Origin: Callorhinchus milii
Taxonomy: Eukaryota
Assembly: GCF_018977255.1 (NCBI RefSeq)
Contig: NW_024704742.1
Location: 124,622,001-124,686,000, forward strand
Reading direction: 5' to 3'
DNA length: 64,000 nt
Positions 26,701 to 41,700 of this stretch are shown here, one piece after another. Position 1 is the first letter of the stretch. Each line of letters opens with the position of its first letter. Both the position numbers and the translations under genes were made by a program. A model generated the notes under the pieces. That model was not told the DNA's origin. It did no database searches and saw only the letters and a program-made list of their open reading frames with translations.

Positions 26701-29700
26701 TCTGCACCGGCTCACAGAGCAAACTATTCGTTTAAGCGCACTACCCCTCCTTAACTCTCTACCTCTTCAAGCCTCTATCTTTTTTATACCTGTCTATTTC
26801 CCTCTTGAAAGTCACAATAGTCTCTACCTCTACCACCTTACTTGGCAGAGCATTCTACATATCAACAACTCTCTGTGAAAAGAATTCTCCTAAGATCTTC
26901 TTTTGTTTTTCTTGTGTCTATGTTCTCCAGTTACTGACAGCCCTATTTGTGGAAATTATACCCTGTATTGAATATTGCAATCACAGTTAAACTTCCAATG
27001 TTTTAATATTTTTCATTTAAAAATAGGATGTATTCAGAATAAACACTGAACATTTTGTCTTGTGTTTTGTAATATTTTTCAGATTTCCCATACCAAGTTC
27101 AGATTCTTGTTCTATGATAATCTCTTGGTCAAGACATGGTCAAGACAACTGGACGCTAGTATTTTCTGCCAACATGTCCAGCCAATTAAGGAGACATGCA
27201 AGATCAGAATGAACTCACTGTGTCGGAATTGCATGTGTCATCCCACACATGTACCGTACCTCTCAATGGTACAACATATATGTAGTACAGATGTAGTATA
27301 CTGCCACACAAGTTTTAGGGAACAATTCCACCTCATTTCATTTTCTCTATTTATGTAGCATATTGGAGAGTCCAGAATTTGGCGAATTGTTGAATTCAGA
27401 CTTAACTTTGAGGTTTTAAATGATATTGACTGAAATCAGAATTTGACAAGTCTACCACATTCTTGATACAACAACAACAAGACTACAACAACAAGATTAC
27501 ATCTTTACAACAACAAGATTTAGCACCTTTCACGTCGGTAGGACGTTCCAAGGTGCTGGACAGAGGACAGCATTTCAGATACTCTATAATGCTACATAAA
27601 TAGAGTAAAATAGACACATGTGGATTTTTTCACCAAATCTATGTTGTTTGTATAGAAATACTACCATAATCGTTGAAGGTTTAACAAACTGTATGAACAA
27701 AAGGTTCCACTCACCAAGACAGAAGATGCAAAATACAAGTTGCTGGAAAACTGAACAAATACTTTGGTGTTGTATGCATTCTCCTTCTTGTTAGATACTT
27801 TTACATCAATAGTTAGTTGCTTGTTCTTGCTATGAACAATGTAAGATGAGTCACTGTTGGCAGAAAGAAAATATTGATTAATTTCCGAATGAAACAAAAT
27901 TTTAAGACCTGCTGTAAAAATGGTAAATAAAAACACTCAGCAACATTGAAAGAAAAAGCAGAGAAGTAGTGCAGGAATAACCTTAACATCCTTGTCATCT
28001 CTGATTTCTGGTTCTGATTTTAAGCACTCTTATACGCTACCCTGCCTGGAGGGGGCTATATAAGTGCAAGTTGTTGTTGAAGTTGTTTTTGTACGCTAAA
28101 GAAAGGCATTTTTGATATCAGAGAATGTAAAGGTCCATTTGTTTAACATTGGCAGAGGCTCAATTGAAGTACTTTGGCACATAGCGACAATCCCAACATT
28201 GTCAATGGTAATGAAGAGAAATCTAATGAAAATTCAAACTTGGCTTTATGTTTCATTAGGAGGACTTTTTAATGAGTTGTATATTTCAATATTCACTAAA
28301 GAGTGGGAAGAGCAATTTCTCAAAGTTGCTGAAGTGTTCAAACAGTTCAAATAGTGCAAATGGCCAACCATGGGGAGATGGTGCTTACTTTTGGAAATCA
28401 CTGACCCCAATCTGACAACAACAATAACCTGCACTTATCCCACCCTCTCCACCTTTAAAGCCTATCTCAAGATCTTTTTTTCAACCAGGCTTTCAGTCAA
28501 CCACCCCACCTCTGCCAAACCCATATCCTCCTCAGCTCCCTCCAGCCCCAGCTAAGTTCCCAGTCAGCTGGGTGAAGCATTTTAAGATGTCCTTCTTACG
28601 TGAAAGGCGCTATATAAATGTATATTGTTGTGATGCTTTTCACAGGGCATGAACATCTTGAATTGCCTTCAAAGAACAATCATTACACTAAGTTGGGAGA
28701 ACGGGAAATTTAATAGTGATGACCAAAGGCACGGATAGAGAAATAATGTTTTAATGGACTGCAAAGGCAGAGAGAGGAGTCAGATGAAGGAATTTTAGAA
28801 TAGAGTTCTAGAGAGCAGTAGCTAAATGTAAAGCTTCCCGCTTCAATGCTCCGCATGAAGGATGCTATATAAATGCAAGTTGTGTTGCTATATCATAAAT
28901 TGGCTCCCAATAATAATAATAATCCTTGTATTTGATATGGCTCTTTTCACATCTTCTAGATGTCTCAAAGCGCTTCACAGAATATACTTTAAAGTGAGTT
29001 GACTGTATATTTGTGGGCGAAGTGCAGCAGCCAATTGCGTATAACAGTGTCCCACAAACAGTCGTAGATTGAATGATCAAATTATTATTGTGTTTTTTGG
29101 GGGAGATTATTATCCCCGGAAAAGCGATCCACAAATCGACTAACAACTGGGTTCCTTCTTATTGCTAGGTAAACATAGGCATGTGGAATAAGGAAACTTG
29201 CCCAACATTTCGTCTCAACGGGAATTAACCCCAGGTCTCTCACTTGCAAGGCGAATGCTCTAACCCCTAAGCGAAATGGGATAGCTGAGTAATCAGTTGA
29301 ATTAGTTAAAGATATTTTTTAAGCTCTCACCTGCTCAATGCAATAGCTGGGTGAGCTTTAATCACAAGGTCTGTTATACATTCTTCATCCTCGCCACATT
29401 CTTTTGAAAATGGAATCTGTGAAAAAGATTTAGTCAATATTAATTAACATTTAAAAATGTCAATTTCATAAAACGCTGTTCAATACAAAATGACTTGTAA
29501 AACTTACAAAACTTTCTCTGGACCTTGGTGTGTTGGCATCAAGAACAGGACCAATGTCAACATTTTGTAGTGCGAGGTCCAAACGAAGACCGATTGGGTT
29601 AACAATATCTCTTGTGTCCTACTCAAAAGGAGAATTGCAGTAAAATAAGGGAAACATTGGTGTTTAGATCCATACAAAATACACACTGAAATTATTGAAA

Positions 29701-32700
29701 TGCATGTGCCTAAGTGGGAAAGGAATTACAATGGTCAGTAAAATAATGGTGATTTTAAAAAATACTGTATATGATGTGACGATTATCACCGTTAATGTTG
29801 GCCAACACTTGGGACATTGCACTTCTACTGATTTCTCTCTCTCTTTGCTGCAAACCCCATCCTGACTTCATAGAAATGCTCTCAACAACAGCAACTTGCA
29901 TTTATATAGCGCCCCTCATGCAGGTTAGACTTCCTGCTTGACAACGACGAAGCATGACACCGAGTAGGGAAGAGGTAACCGTAGACACAGTCAAAGAGGA
30001 AGGTTTTCAGGTGCAACCTGAAATTGGGGAAGGAGGTATAAAGGTGGAGGGATAGAGGGAGAGTGTTCCAGAGTTTCGGGTCGTAGTGGCTGAAGGCGCG
30101 GCCACCGATGTTGGACTGGAGGGAATGAGGGACATGCAGGAAGCCAAAGATAGTAGAGTGGAGTCAACAGGTAGTGGGATGGGAGTAAGCAGGTTGGAGA
30201 GGTAGGGAGGTGCCAGGGCATGAAGAGATTTGAAGGCGAGTGTGAGAATCTTGAAATTATTGATAGTGGAGCATTTGATCCTATCTCTTCGCAGATCGTG
30301 TAATTTCATGTTTTAGTTCGGGGATTATATAGAATGATACAGCACAGAAATAGGTCATTGCGTTAAGTTGGTATTCCTCAAACTGTCACTGAAATGCTGG
30401 GATCTGCGGATTAAACTGCCAACCAGTACATTAGCTGCAGGAATTATTTGTTGGGCAAAATCATTTTAACAAAGTAGTGTTGGGGAGAAGGGGATTACAA
30501 GTATCTCTGCCAAAGTTATCATTGGGAATCTCCAGGAGTTGAGAAGAGTGTATGGCACCAGTTATAGTTATTACACCACATCTCGTATTTTTCGCCTCAA
30601 TATTTCTATCTGTTGCTATACATTTCTTTATTATTTAATGGTGCCTTCTTGAAAATACGAAGCTACGATCTGAGTGTATTGAGCTAAAACTAATACACCT
30701 AAAGAGCTATTTGACACATTTTTTGGCAACTGCATTTAGAAGAGCAATCAGTGTGTTGCAGTTCATGTACGGAGTTGAAGCTGAAAACCTAAAAAAAAAT
30801 CTAAATGATCATTGTATTTAGCTTTAAGAAGCCAACAAAGGGAGTGGAGTGTATATTCTAAAAGTATGTAAATTTGGGGTGAATGGGAACCTTACTTCCA
30901 TGGATGCTCCCTCCACTCAGCAATCACCAGCCTGCTTTATGCTCCTCACCTGATCCATCCCACCATCAAGCTTTCATCCATTCTGCCGCTGCTCTCTGGA
31001 ACTCCATCCCACAGACCCTCCGCCTTATCCCCTGCCTCCCTGCCTTTTGCCCACCTCTCCTGCCCCCGCTTGGTCTCCTACTCAGCTATGTGAATCACTT
31101 TGACACATCCTCCTGATGTGAAAGGTGATATATAAATAGAAATTGATGTTGTTAAATAGCTTTGTAGTTAAGTCAGGGTGGTACAATTGGCGGACCGCAT
31201 TAGACCGATTTAATCTGGTCCCCCACTCCCTCCATTTAATCTGGCCCACACGCTCCCTCTGTAACCTGTAAATGTTGTTATGCTATGTTTCTGGAAGGGA
31301 AACACAAAAATATTGCTTATGCGGCCCATGGACATTTCTCAAACAGGGCATCCGGCCCTCAGCAACCAAAAAAGGTTGGACCACTCTGATTTAAGTGATT
31401 GGGATCTTTCGTTAACTACTGTGAGCTAACAACTACTAGGTCACAGACAATGTCACACTGACCTGCACATAAAATTTGTGTTCATCGCACTTTGAAACAC
31501 TGTCAAGAGTAATATCCTTTTGTATTAATCGGTCATGATTCTCTTCAAATAATCCTCGTGAAATCACGTGAAGTGACAGGAGATCTCCATCCAGTGTGGC
31601 TTTGTATCGAATGTCTGGAAAGTTTGAAGAGGGTTATTTTTTCAACATAACATTTGAGGTCTGAAAAATCTGTTAGTATTTTATACATTTTAAATCCAAA
31701 CATAAAGTAAATAATAAAAATAACTGCCTGAAAGACTACACATATTCTCCAAAAGTTACAATATGAGGAACTAACACAAAGTATAGATGACCAATGAATA
31801 ATATAACAAACATTTCTAAAATACCTTTTACAATGGATGGATTTGCCTAATACTTTCTGGAATTAGGTAAGCACGATGTGTGCCTCCAGGGAGAGAGTGC
31901 GCACTCCATTCCAACAATCTATCTCTGGGATTTCAATGGGTAGATGGGATGCATGGATATTCTTAAGCATGATGATGGGCTTCTGAATGTCCGATTGACT
32001 GAAAAATGTCTCAAACCATTGTCTTTAGTGGATAAAACAAGATTAAATTTGGGGATTAAATTGTATTATATTCATTAAAATTGTATTCATATTAGGATTG
32101 ATGTGATTATCATGTTGAATTTGTTATGAAACAGAGCCTTTCACCACATAAATTCTTAGTTTAATATCCATCTTGTGTAACTAAGAAAACGACAATACAT
32201 GTAGAAGGTTAATTTTTCCTCGGCTTTGCTCTTACTTTACAATGCAACATAATAATAAAAATACTTGCATTTGATATAGCATCTTATCACATCTTTGAGA
32301 CGTCTCAAATCGCTACGCAAAATATACTGTAGTGACTGTGTATTTTGTGGCTGAATCGTGGCAGCCAATTGATATATTGATCAGTACGGTCAAAAACTAA
32401 CAAGCTCAATGCACCTATGGAAATTAAGATTTTGGAGTGTCAGATTTATCTTAGATTTTGGATTACTCAATGCATGACTGTGTAACACTGCATTTGGCTA
32501 CCCTATTATGCCCACAAAATATACAGTCAATCCACCTTACAATATATTCTGTGAAAGCTCTTTGAGGCGTCTCAACAACGTGATATGATGCTATATAAAT
32601 GCAGGGATTATTATTATTATTATTATTATTTGAATTCGAGATAGGAATTTGCAAAAAGATGACATGCCACACCGCCATGGCACACCGCTTATACTAAACA

Positions 32701-35700
32701 TGGTGAAATATTTGCCTGTAACGAATGATTTGTGTACAAGAGCTGTATGACTCTCTAGGAATTTTCACTGGAATGTCCTATGGCATTCTTGTGATCAGTA
32801 TCTGACAAGGGTTATACACAAACCTATACATGCTTCAGACCTCATTTTCAGAGAACTCAACCAATAATAATTGCTGTTGCACTGGGTTAGTGCAGTGCTT
32901 TCAGCTCTCAGACCTGGGCTTACATTTATCTCAGTCTGATGGGGGGGGCGAGGAAGGGCGGTGTATGGGGGGTAGAGGGCATGGGCTCACTTGTTTGCTG
33001 AAATGAGACTCATAGTCACTAGTTCCAGTGCGGGAGCTCACACCAGCACAGGCATGATGGGCTGAATGACCTTAACTTTCTCTGTTTCAGTAATTTTTCC
33101 TCAGGAAATAGTAAGAAGAATGGTAGGTTTGCGTGATAAAACACATGGACAGTATTGAGAATGCTTGTGTATAATTCCCATATAGGAATGTAATAATTTT
33201 GTATATTTTCATGTAACTTAACTGTAGAATGTAGCTGAATGTAAATGGAGATGGTAGATTGTAAATCGTGAAAGGTGTGGCAGTTTAAACCAATGTTATT
33301 GATAAACATCTTCATGATAAGCATCCAAATAGTGGCAAACATAAACAGTCTTTCATGCAAGATGTCTTTACAGTGACTTTGAAGTCAAAAGGCTCTTTCT
33401 ACACTTAATGGCAGAAAGCCCATAATCTTCAGCATTTGGACCTTATATTTTGGGGGAAAATCATGTCCTTCTGATGTGAATGTAAAGTTTTATCGAAAGA
33501 ATGTAGTAGAATATGAAAAAGACACGCTATGAAAAGCAAGGTTTAGGTTTAGCAAAGTATGGGGGAACATTCTGGTCAAATGTTTATAGAATTATAGATG
33601 GAATTTGGAGAGTAAATTAATACAACTAAGTAACTACTAAGTAACTAACTACTATTTTGTTGTGTGGCTTTTATATTGTACATAAAAAGCAGAATAACAA
33701 AAATGGTTAATAAAATAGACAAGAACAAGCAATCCTTACTGACTGAAGAGACGCGTGTATCTGGTTTAAATGTAGCTTTGAAGCACACATTGAATCGAGC
33801 ACAAATTTGACTTTTTCCATTGACCATGCAGTTTTTGTCAAAAATAGACAGTTTTTCTGGTGTGAATGCCATTGTAACGCTTACATTTACAATGCTTCGT
33901 GACCTGAAAAAAGAAATCACTTTTGTTACAAATTATATCTTTCAATATATCAGTGATAAAATGTCACTTATTGATCTAAAGCAATTACAAACAGCCCATG
34001 ATGTTTATTAGATTATTCAACCTTCAATGTGTATGCCTTTATAATGTTTAAGCTGCAATTTATCCTCTACACATTCATAGAGGGAGCTTCAGAGCGTGAA
34101 ACGACAGAGCTCCTTTATGATGTAAACTGAGTAGCACCAATGATGCTACATAAATCGTGCTTAATTCTCATGTAACTAACGAGGCATTCATTAGTTATTT
34201 TTGGCAAAGACGGTGGTGAGAAGGAACGAAGAGCACTATAAAAGGAAGGACTTGTTTGCTAAATGTACAAGTCATCTTCTAATTACCATATTCAGATCAG
34301 AGAGAAACAGGAGAGTGGGAACTTGATGCAAGAAAGACAAACGACTATCAGGGAATGAGCAACATATTATTATTATATTAAACGATGGACGCATAAGAGA
34401 GAAGAGAATAATAAGGTATGGGGGAGGGGTTAGACTGGGTGCAGGCTCATGTGGAGTACAAACATTGTTGTGGACTTGGGCCAAATTGCCTGTTTCCATT
34501 CAGGAACGTTAAATGTAATGACTTTCACCTCATTCACTGTTACACATTATACCTACAATAGGGGAGATTCACTGTGACATCATTTGACAAATGAGGTTGT
34601 TTATCAGCAAAATGAAGGAAAAGATTACTGATTATCCATTGAGGATTTCCAGTTTAATAACTTCAAGGAAGTTATTATCAACAAAACTACTGAATTTATA
34701 GATTGAGCAAAACAACAGAGTTGAATTTATGACCATCTTTGTTGTTCTTCCTTGAACTCTTCCCATGATCACAAAGGCCCTCTCATCATCAGACATCCTA
34801 TCCTATCCGTCTGGCCTTCCACCCGGGTAGATCCTGAAGCAGCCGTCCAGCTGCTCCATGATCGCCTCTCCTCCACTTTCAACTTCCTTGTCCCCCTAAA
34901 ATCCAGGACCATCTCTAAACCTACCCGATATCCCTGGTACAACAACCATCTCCGCCGCCAAAAACCCCAAATCCGTCTGCTCGAGCGCAGATGGTGGAAA
35001 ATTGGCCTGACAGTCCACCGCCAACTGTGGCTCGAGCATCTCCACAGCTACCGCCGTTCTTTGACACACGCAAAAACGGCCTTTTATTCCAACATTATCT
35101 TGGAGGCCAAAAACAATCCCCAAATCCTTTTTTCCACCACCCACTACCTCCTCCGTGCCCCCCCTCAGGCTTCCTCAATCTTCACATCAAATGCCAAGTG
35201 CGAGGAGGTCATGGACTTCTTCTCTGCTAAAATACTCAACATCCGCCAGGCAACCTCATCCACCTGCCCCTTGTCACCCACCATCACGCCCTTTCTGCCC
35301 CCCTCACCTTCCTCATCATCTGCTCCTACCACCACCCCCTTTCTACACTCTTTCTTCCCCATCTCTCCCTCCTCCCTCTCACCCACCATCACCTCCATGA
35401 AACCCACCACCTGCTGCCTCGACCCCCTCCCTACCAACTTACTGGTCACACAGCTCCCCCTCCTATGCCCACTACTGGCTGACATCATCAACCAGTGCCT
35501 CTCCTCTGGATCAGTCCCTGCCTCCCTCAAAACTGCTGCCATCACCCCCCTCCTGAAAAAACCTTCCCTAGATCCCTCAAACCGCAGCCATTACTGCCCT
35601 ATTTCTAACCTGCCCTTCCTCTCAAAAGCTCTAGAACGGGTTGTGGCCAACCAACTCCGCACACAACTCTCCTCCCACTCCCTCTTGAACCCCTCCAGTA

Positions 35701-38700
35701 CGGTTTCCTCCCTGCCCACAGTACAGAGACTGCACTTGTGAAAGTCACAAACGACATCTTCTCTATCTGCGATCAGGGTTCCCTCTGCCTGCTCGTCCTC
35801 CTGGACCTCTCCGCCGTGCTCAACACAGTCAATTACTCCATCCTCCTTCACCGCCTTTCCTCCATCATCCACCTCAGTGGGACCGCACTCACTTGGTTCG
35901 AGACCTACCTCACAAACCGCCAACAGTACATCTGCACAAACAGCTTCTCCTCCCGCTCTCACCCGGTTACCTGCAGGGTACCCCAAGGATCCATCCTTGG
36001 CCCCCTCCTCTTTCTGATCTATATGCTCCCTCTTGGGGATGTCATCCGCAGACATGGGGTACATTTCCACATATATGCAGATGACACCCAACTCTACTTT
36101 TCCAACTCTCTTTGCGACCCCCAATCCCCTGATGTTCTGTCAGCCTGCCTATCAGACCTCAGGAGCTGGATGAGCGCAAACTTCCTTCAGCTGAATGTTG
36201 CCAAGACAGAAGCCATACTCTTCAGCTCTCGTCAACGTCTAAAATCTCATGGTTCTCACCTCCTCCACCTACCCGACCTCCCCCTAAAACTCTCCGAACG
36301 CATACGCAACCTAGGCATCAGATTCGACCCCCAATTATCCTTCCTCCCCCACATCCGGTCCCTTACCAGCACCGCCTTTTTCCACCTCCGTCGCATGGCC
36401 CGTCTCCGTCAATACCTCTCCCCAAAAGCCATTGAAACTCTGGTCCATGCCTTTGTCACCTCTCGGCTGGACTACTCTAACGCCCTCCTCGCCGGTCTCC
36501 CATCCACTACCATCCATAAAATCCAACTCATTCAGAACTCTGCCACCTGCATTCTCACCCACACGAAACTCCACTCCCCGATCACCCCAGTCCTTGCCAG
36601 ACTGCACTGGCTGCCTGTCCCAGAGAGGATCGACTTCAAGATCCTCACCCTCGTTTTTAAGTCCCTGCACTCCTCTGCACCCCCCTACCTCTCTGACCTC
36701 CTCTCTCCTCAAAACAGTACCCACTGCCTTCATTTTTCCGGTCTGGCCTCCTCCTCGTCCCCCGAGTCCTCTGCTCCACCCTCAGCAGCCATGCCTTCAT
36801 CCACTATGCCCCGAGGCTCTGGAACCGCCTTCCTCACTCCCTTCGTCTCGCTCCCTCCCTTCCCATTTTCAGGTCTCTGCTGAAGACCTTTCTTTTCGAC
36901 TACGCCTTTGGTCACTTTCCCACCCCTCCCCCTGGCTCGGTCCTGGATCCAAAACTGTAAAGCGCTCTGAGACGCCGTCCGGTGTGGAGGGTGCTATATA
37001 AATCCAAGTTGTTGTTGTTGATCAATGCCCAATCGCAGTTGGGTGCTTAAACTTCTAATTATTTCAAATGTGACCTTACTTTAGTGATCTAAAAATTAGA
37101 AATGGGGTAGAAGAAGAGGTGGTGGAATTGAGGTATTTGATGTAATCATTTTACATCAGTGATTATAATCACAAATGATCACCTTTGGCCCTATAGTCTT
37201 CAGTGAGAGATAAATTTCCTATTCAATTTTTACAAGACATTTTGACGAAGCCTTAGAGTCTAAGGACAGTCTGATCTTTAAGCCTTGTTAGATAAGATTC
37301 ACATGTCATATGGAGTTCCCTTGTTCTCACATGAAAGTAGTTCACGTGTCAGTTTTCAAAACATAGAAATTTAAGTCACCCAAAGTCATAACCCTAAAAT
37401 GTGGTACATTAGTTTTTGTGCTAAAAGACTGAGACACCAGGCATAAAGAGAAGACTTGGACAACGCAGTCATAAGTACAAACATGAACGAACAACGTGAC
37501 ATTGATGCAGAAGGAGAAATGTTCCAAGCAATGACAAAATGGCTCATTATGGACTATTCAACAAAAAGAGTGCTTATTATGGGGTTCGCCACTGCCTGTC
37601 CAACAGCAGCCACTCTGACTGCCCTATTCCCCCTTCTCATTGCAAGGCTCACCGATTCCCGACCACAGAGGCCAATCTGTCCTCCCTGATCCACATCCCT
37701 ACCCTCCCTGTCCCCCCACTCCCCCACCTCGCCCCCCACTTTCCCCCACCAACTGTCCCCTCAGCATCGGTCTACGGAACATCCATTCCCTCTTCAACAA
37801 AACACTCACCATCCAAGACTTCATTGTCGATGAACACATCTGAACCCTCACTGAAACCTGGATCACTCCAGGCGACACCTTCCCCGATAGAGGCCACACT
37901 ACCCGGCTACATCTTCCATCATACCCCACGACCTAACCACCGTGGTGGTGGTGTGGCTCTCATCTGCTTGGCCTATCCCCTTACTCCTCTGGAACTTTCC
38001 CCTTCTTTGAGCACCTTATCCTTTATCACCCCTCCAACTCTCCTTACCCACTGACCCCCAAGTCCTCCCCCACCATCATCCCCGACATCTCCACCCTATC
38101 TTCTCTCTCCCTCTACTCTGAACTCTTCCTCATTCTTAGCGATTTCAACCTTCACTTCAACCCTCCTGCTCTACCTCTGCTGACTTTTCCTCCCTTATCT
38201 CCTCCCTCAATCACTCCTTCCACATCCACTCTGCTACCCACGTCCGCGGTCACACCCTCGACCTGGTGATCACTCGGGGCCTCATTGTCTCGGACCTCAC
38301 CATCATCGACAAAGTGATCTTGGACCATCACTTCATCTCCCTTAACTTCTCAATCCCTTTCACCACCGCCATCCAACCCACCTCCACCTCATATCACCCC
38401 TGGAAAAAAATCTCTCCCCCCTCCTTCTCAGCTGCCTTGGAGTCATCTGATCTTCTTTCCCTCTGGTTGTCCTCCCACAATGACCTATCCTCCTCAGTCA
38501 TACTTTTCCACAGCTCCCTCTCCTCCACTCTCAATTCCCTCGCTCCTCTCTCTTCCCAAACGGTCTCTTATTCACGTAAATCACCTTGATACACTTGCCA
38601 TTGCCGCTCCCTTAAAGCTCAGGCACGTTACGCTGAACGCATCTGGCTTAAATCAAACCTAACTGCCCATCGGCAGATTTGGCTGGACCGTATCAAATCC

Positions 38701-41700
38701 TAGCACTCTGCCCTCGCCTCCGCTAAATCGTCATTCTACTCCAAGACAATCTTGGAGGCTAAGGACAACCTCAGGCTCTTCTCCTCCATCACGAACCAGC
38801 TCTTCCGCCCACCCACTCATGCCTCACCCATCCTTACCTCAAATGCCAACTGTGAGGGGATGCTGGACTTGCTTGAATCCAATGTCGAGGTAATCCGCTC
38901 AGCTGCCTCTGCCATCCCCTCCCCATCTCCTTCTCCCACCCCACCTTTGAATCTGTCTCCCCCTCTTCTCTCATCACCACCATAACCCGTATGAAACCTA
39001 CCATGCTCCCTCGACCCCATCCCTATCCCTCTCCTTACCTCCCAGCTCCACCTCCTTGCCCCTCTACTCACTGACATTGTAAACCTCTCCCTGTCCTCTG
39101 GTACTTTTCCCACCCCATACAAAAACGCTGTCATCACTCCTATCCTTAAAAAACCCTCCCTAGACCCTTCTCTACTCCCTAACTACTGCCCCATCCTCTC
39201 CAGTGTTCTGGAAGGAGTTGTTGCTTCTCAGCTTCGCCTCTTCTTCTCCTGCCACTCCCTTCTCGAACCCCTCCAATCGGGTTTCCGTGCCGCCCACAGC
39301 ACAAAAACAGCTCTGGTCAAAGTAACAAACGATATTCAGTCCATTTGCAACCAGGGCTCCCTCTGCCACCTCGTCCTACTTGACCTCTCTGCTGCTTTCA
39401 ACTCCAACAACCACTCTATCCTCATCCACCGTCTCTCCTCTCACGTCAACTGTGGTGCTGTCCTTGATTGGTTCAGATCGTACCTCTCATACTGCCTGCA
39501 CTTCATCTCCACAAACGGCTTTTCCTCTAGCCCCCGGACCATCTCGTGCAGTGTTCCTCAGGGCTCTGTCCTTGATCTCCTCCTCTTCAACATCTATATG
39601 CTCCCCCTTGGTGACATCATTCGTAGACATGGGGTCAATTTCCACATGTATGCAGATGACACCCAACTCTACCTCTCTGCCTCCACCCTTGACTCCAGGA
39701 CCACTGCTGTCCTGACAGAATGTCTGTCAGACATCAAGTCCTGGATGAGAGCTAACTTTCTTCAGTTGAATGTCAACAAGATCGAGGCTCTCATGATTAG
39801 TGCCCGTAGGCACTTCCTCACCTCAGACGCTGACAGCATCACCATCCATGGTTGCACACTCTACATTGCTAAGCCAGTCCGGAACCTGGGGCCTTGCTTG
39901 ACCCTCAATTATCCTTTCTACTCCACATCTGTGCCAAGACCCGCTCTGCCTTCCCCCACCTCCACAACGTCGTCCGGCTCCGAGACTGTCTCAAACCGCA
40001 GGCCACTGAAACCCTCATACACGCTTTCATTACATCGAGGCTCGACTATGCAAACTCACTGCTTGACCACCTCCCCAACTCCTCCCTCCACAGGCTGCAG
40101 ATCATCCAGAACTCTGCAGCCCATGTCCTCTCCTGCACTAGGCTCTGCGATTCTATCACCCCCATCCTTGCCCAACTCCACTGGCTTCCCATCACACAGA
40201 GGATACAGTTCAAGATCCTGGTCCTCACCTTCAAAGCCCTCCATGGTCTTGCTACCCCCCTACCTCTGCGACCTCCTAAACCCTACAATCCTGTTCGCTC
40301 CCTCCACTCAATGGGCTCTGGCCTGGTTCACGTCTCCCGCCTCGCTCGCCCCACTATTGGCGGGCGGGCCTTCCGCCACTCTGCCCCCACCCTCTGGAAT
40401 TCCATCTTGCAATCCCTCCGCCTTGCCTCCTCCCTTGCCACCTTTGAGACCCATCTTAAGACTATCCTCTTCGACCGTGCTTTTGATCTCCCTGCTTCCC
40501 CCACTGCCTTCCGCCCTCTCCCACCCTGATCCCCAGCTCGGGTCCATAACTCTGTCTGTCCAGCGTCTTGGGATGTTTTCCTGACGTGAAACGGGCTTTA
40601 GAAATGTAATTTTGTTGCTGTTGTTGTTATTCAAATTCCACACACAAACCTCTGTTTACCTACAGTAAGTAGGAACCCACTTGTTAGTCAATTGGCGGAT
40701 TGCTTTCCGGGGGTAATAATCCCGCTCAAAATATTAATAATTTGGTTACTCAATCCACAAATGTTTTGGGACACTGCTGTGCGCAATTGGCTGCCGCGTT
40801 TCGCCCAGAAAACACATGCCGTCACTACACTTTACAGTATGTTCTGTGAAACGCTTTGAGATGTCTTGTTGACGTGATAAGGCGGCATATCAAATGCAAG
40901 GATTACTTTTTATTATTTAAGGGTATAGAATGAACTGAAATGGGTTTTGGTAAATGGCTAAAATGTAATCTCTAAAAGAACAACATATAAGACAATTTGA
41001 AGTTGAATGGTTGAGGTAAATGTAAGATGCAGGGCTTAATACAAGTCTTAAACATCTCCTCTACCCCCATTCCCCCATAGCGGAGGCAACTATGATAACT
41101 CTGAGAGACTGGATTCTCAAACAAGAATATTTTTTTATATACCAAGCACTTTAAAAACTAAAAGTACTTAAATAGTACAAAGTTCTCACAGTGATCAGAC
41201 AGTATCCAGTACACACTGCAAAACAAATCTTATCATGGCGTTGCTAAGGTTGTTATGTATAAACTTTATATTTGTAGGAACAGACAGCTCACAAACATTT
41301 AGGCTGATTCATACTTAACTTCAGAATAACATAGAGAAGAACTTAAGTCCCTTACCAGAGCTGCACAACTCTTCCAATAGATCCAACTGAGAGATCTGTA
41401 ATACCATCACTATCCATATCCATTTGGCCATCAATGGACAGTCCAAAATATTTCAAGTTTGTGTCAACTTCTGAAGCTAATATTTTCTAGGATATAGAAA
41501 TCACAAGGCATTTAGATTCATCAGATAATACTACTAAACACAGTGGAGCATGGTTATAATATGGAAACCCCAGCAGAAGTTCACCTTGCAAATATCAGCA
41601 ACTTTGGCAGCTAGTGATCTATCTGATCCAAGAGTGCCTGATCCTGACACTGGTTGATTGAAAATAGTATTTTATTTCCAATTCCAGTTTCCCTTGCCTT

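Noticed and set aside
29619..29624. Tandem acceptor GAGTAG at exon 18
   Set aside because: GAG acceptors are rarely used; the distal TAG gives the conserved frame
34752..36883. Long ORFs as a host gene or active LINE
   Set aside because: 5'-truncated, frameshifted L2 ORF2
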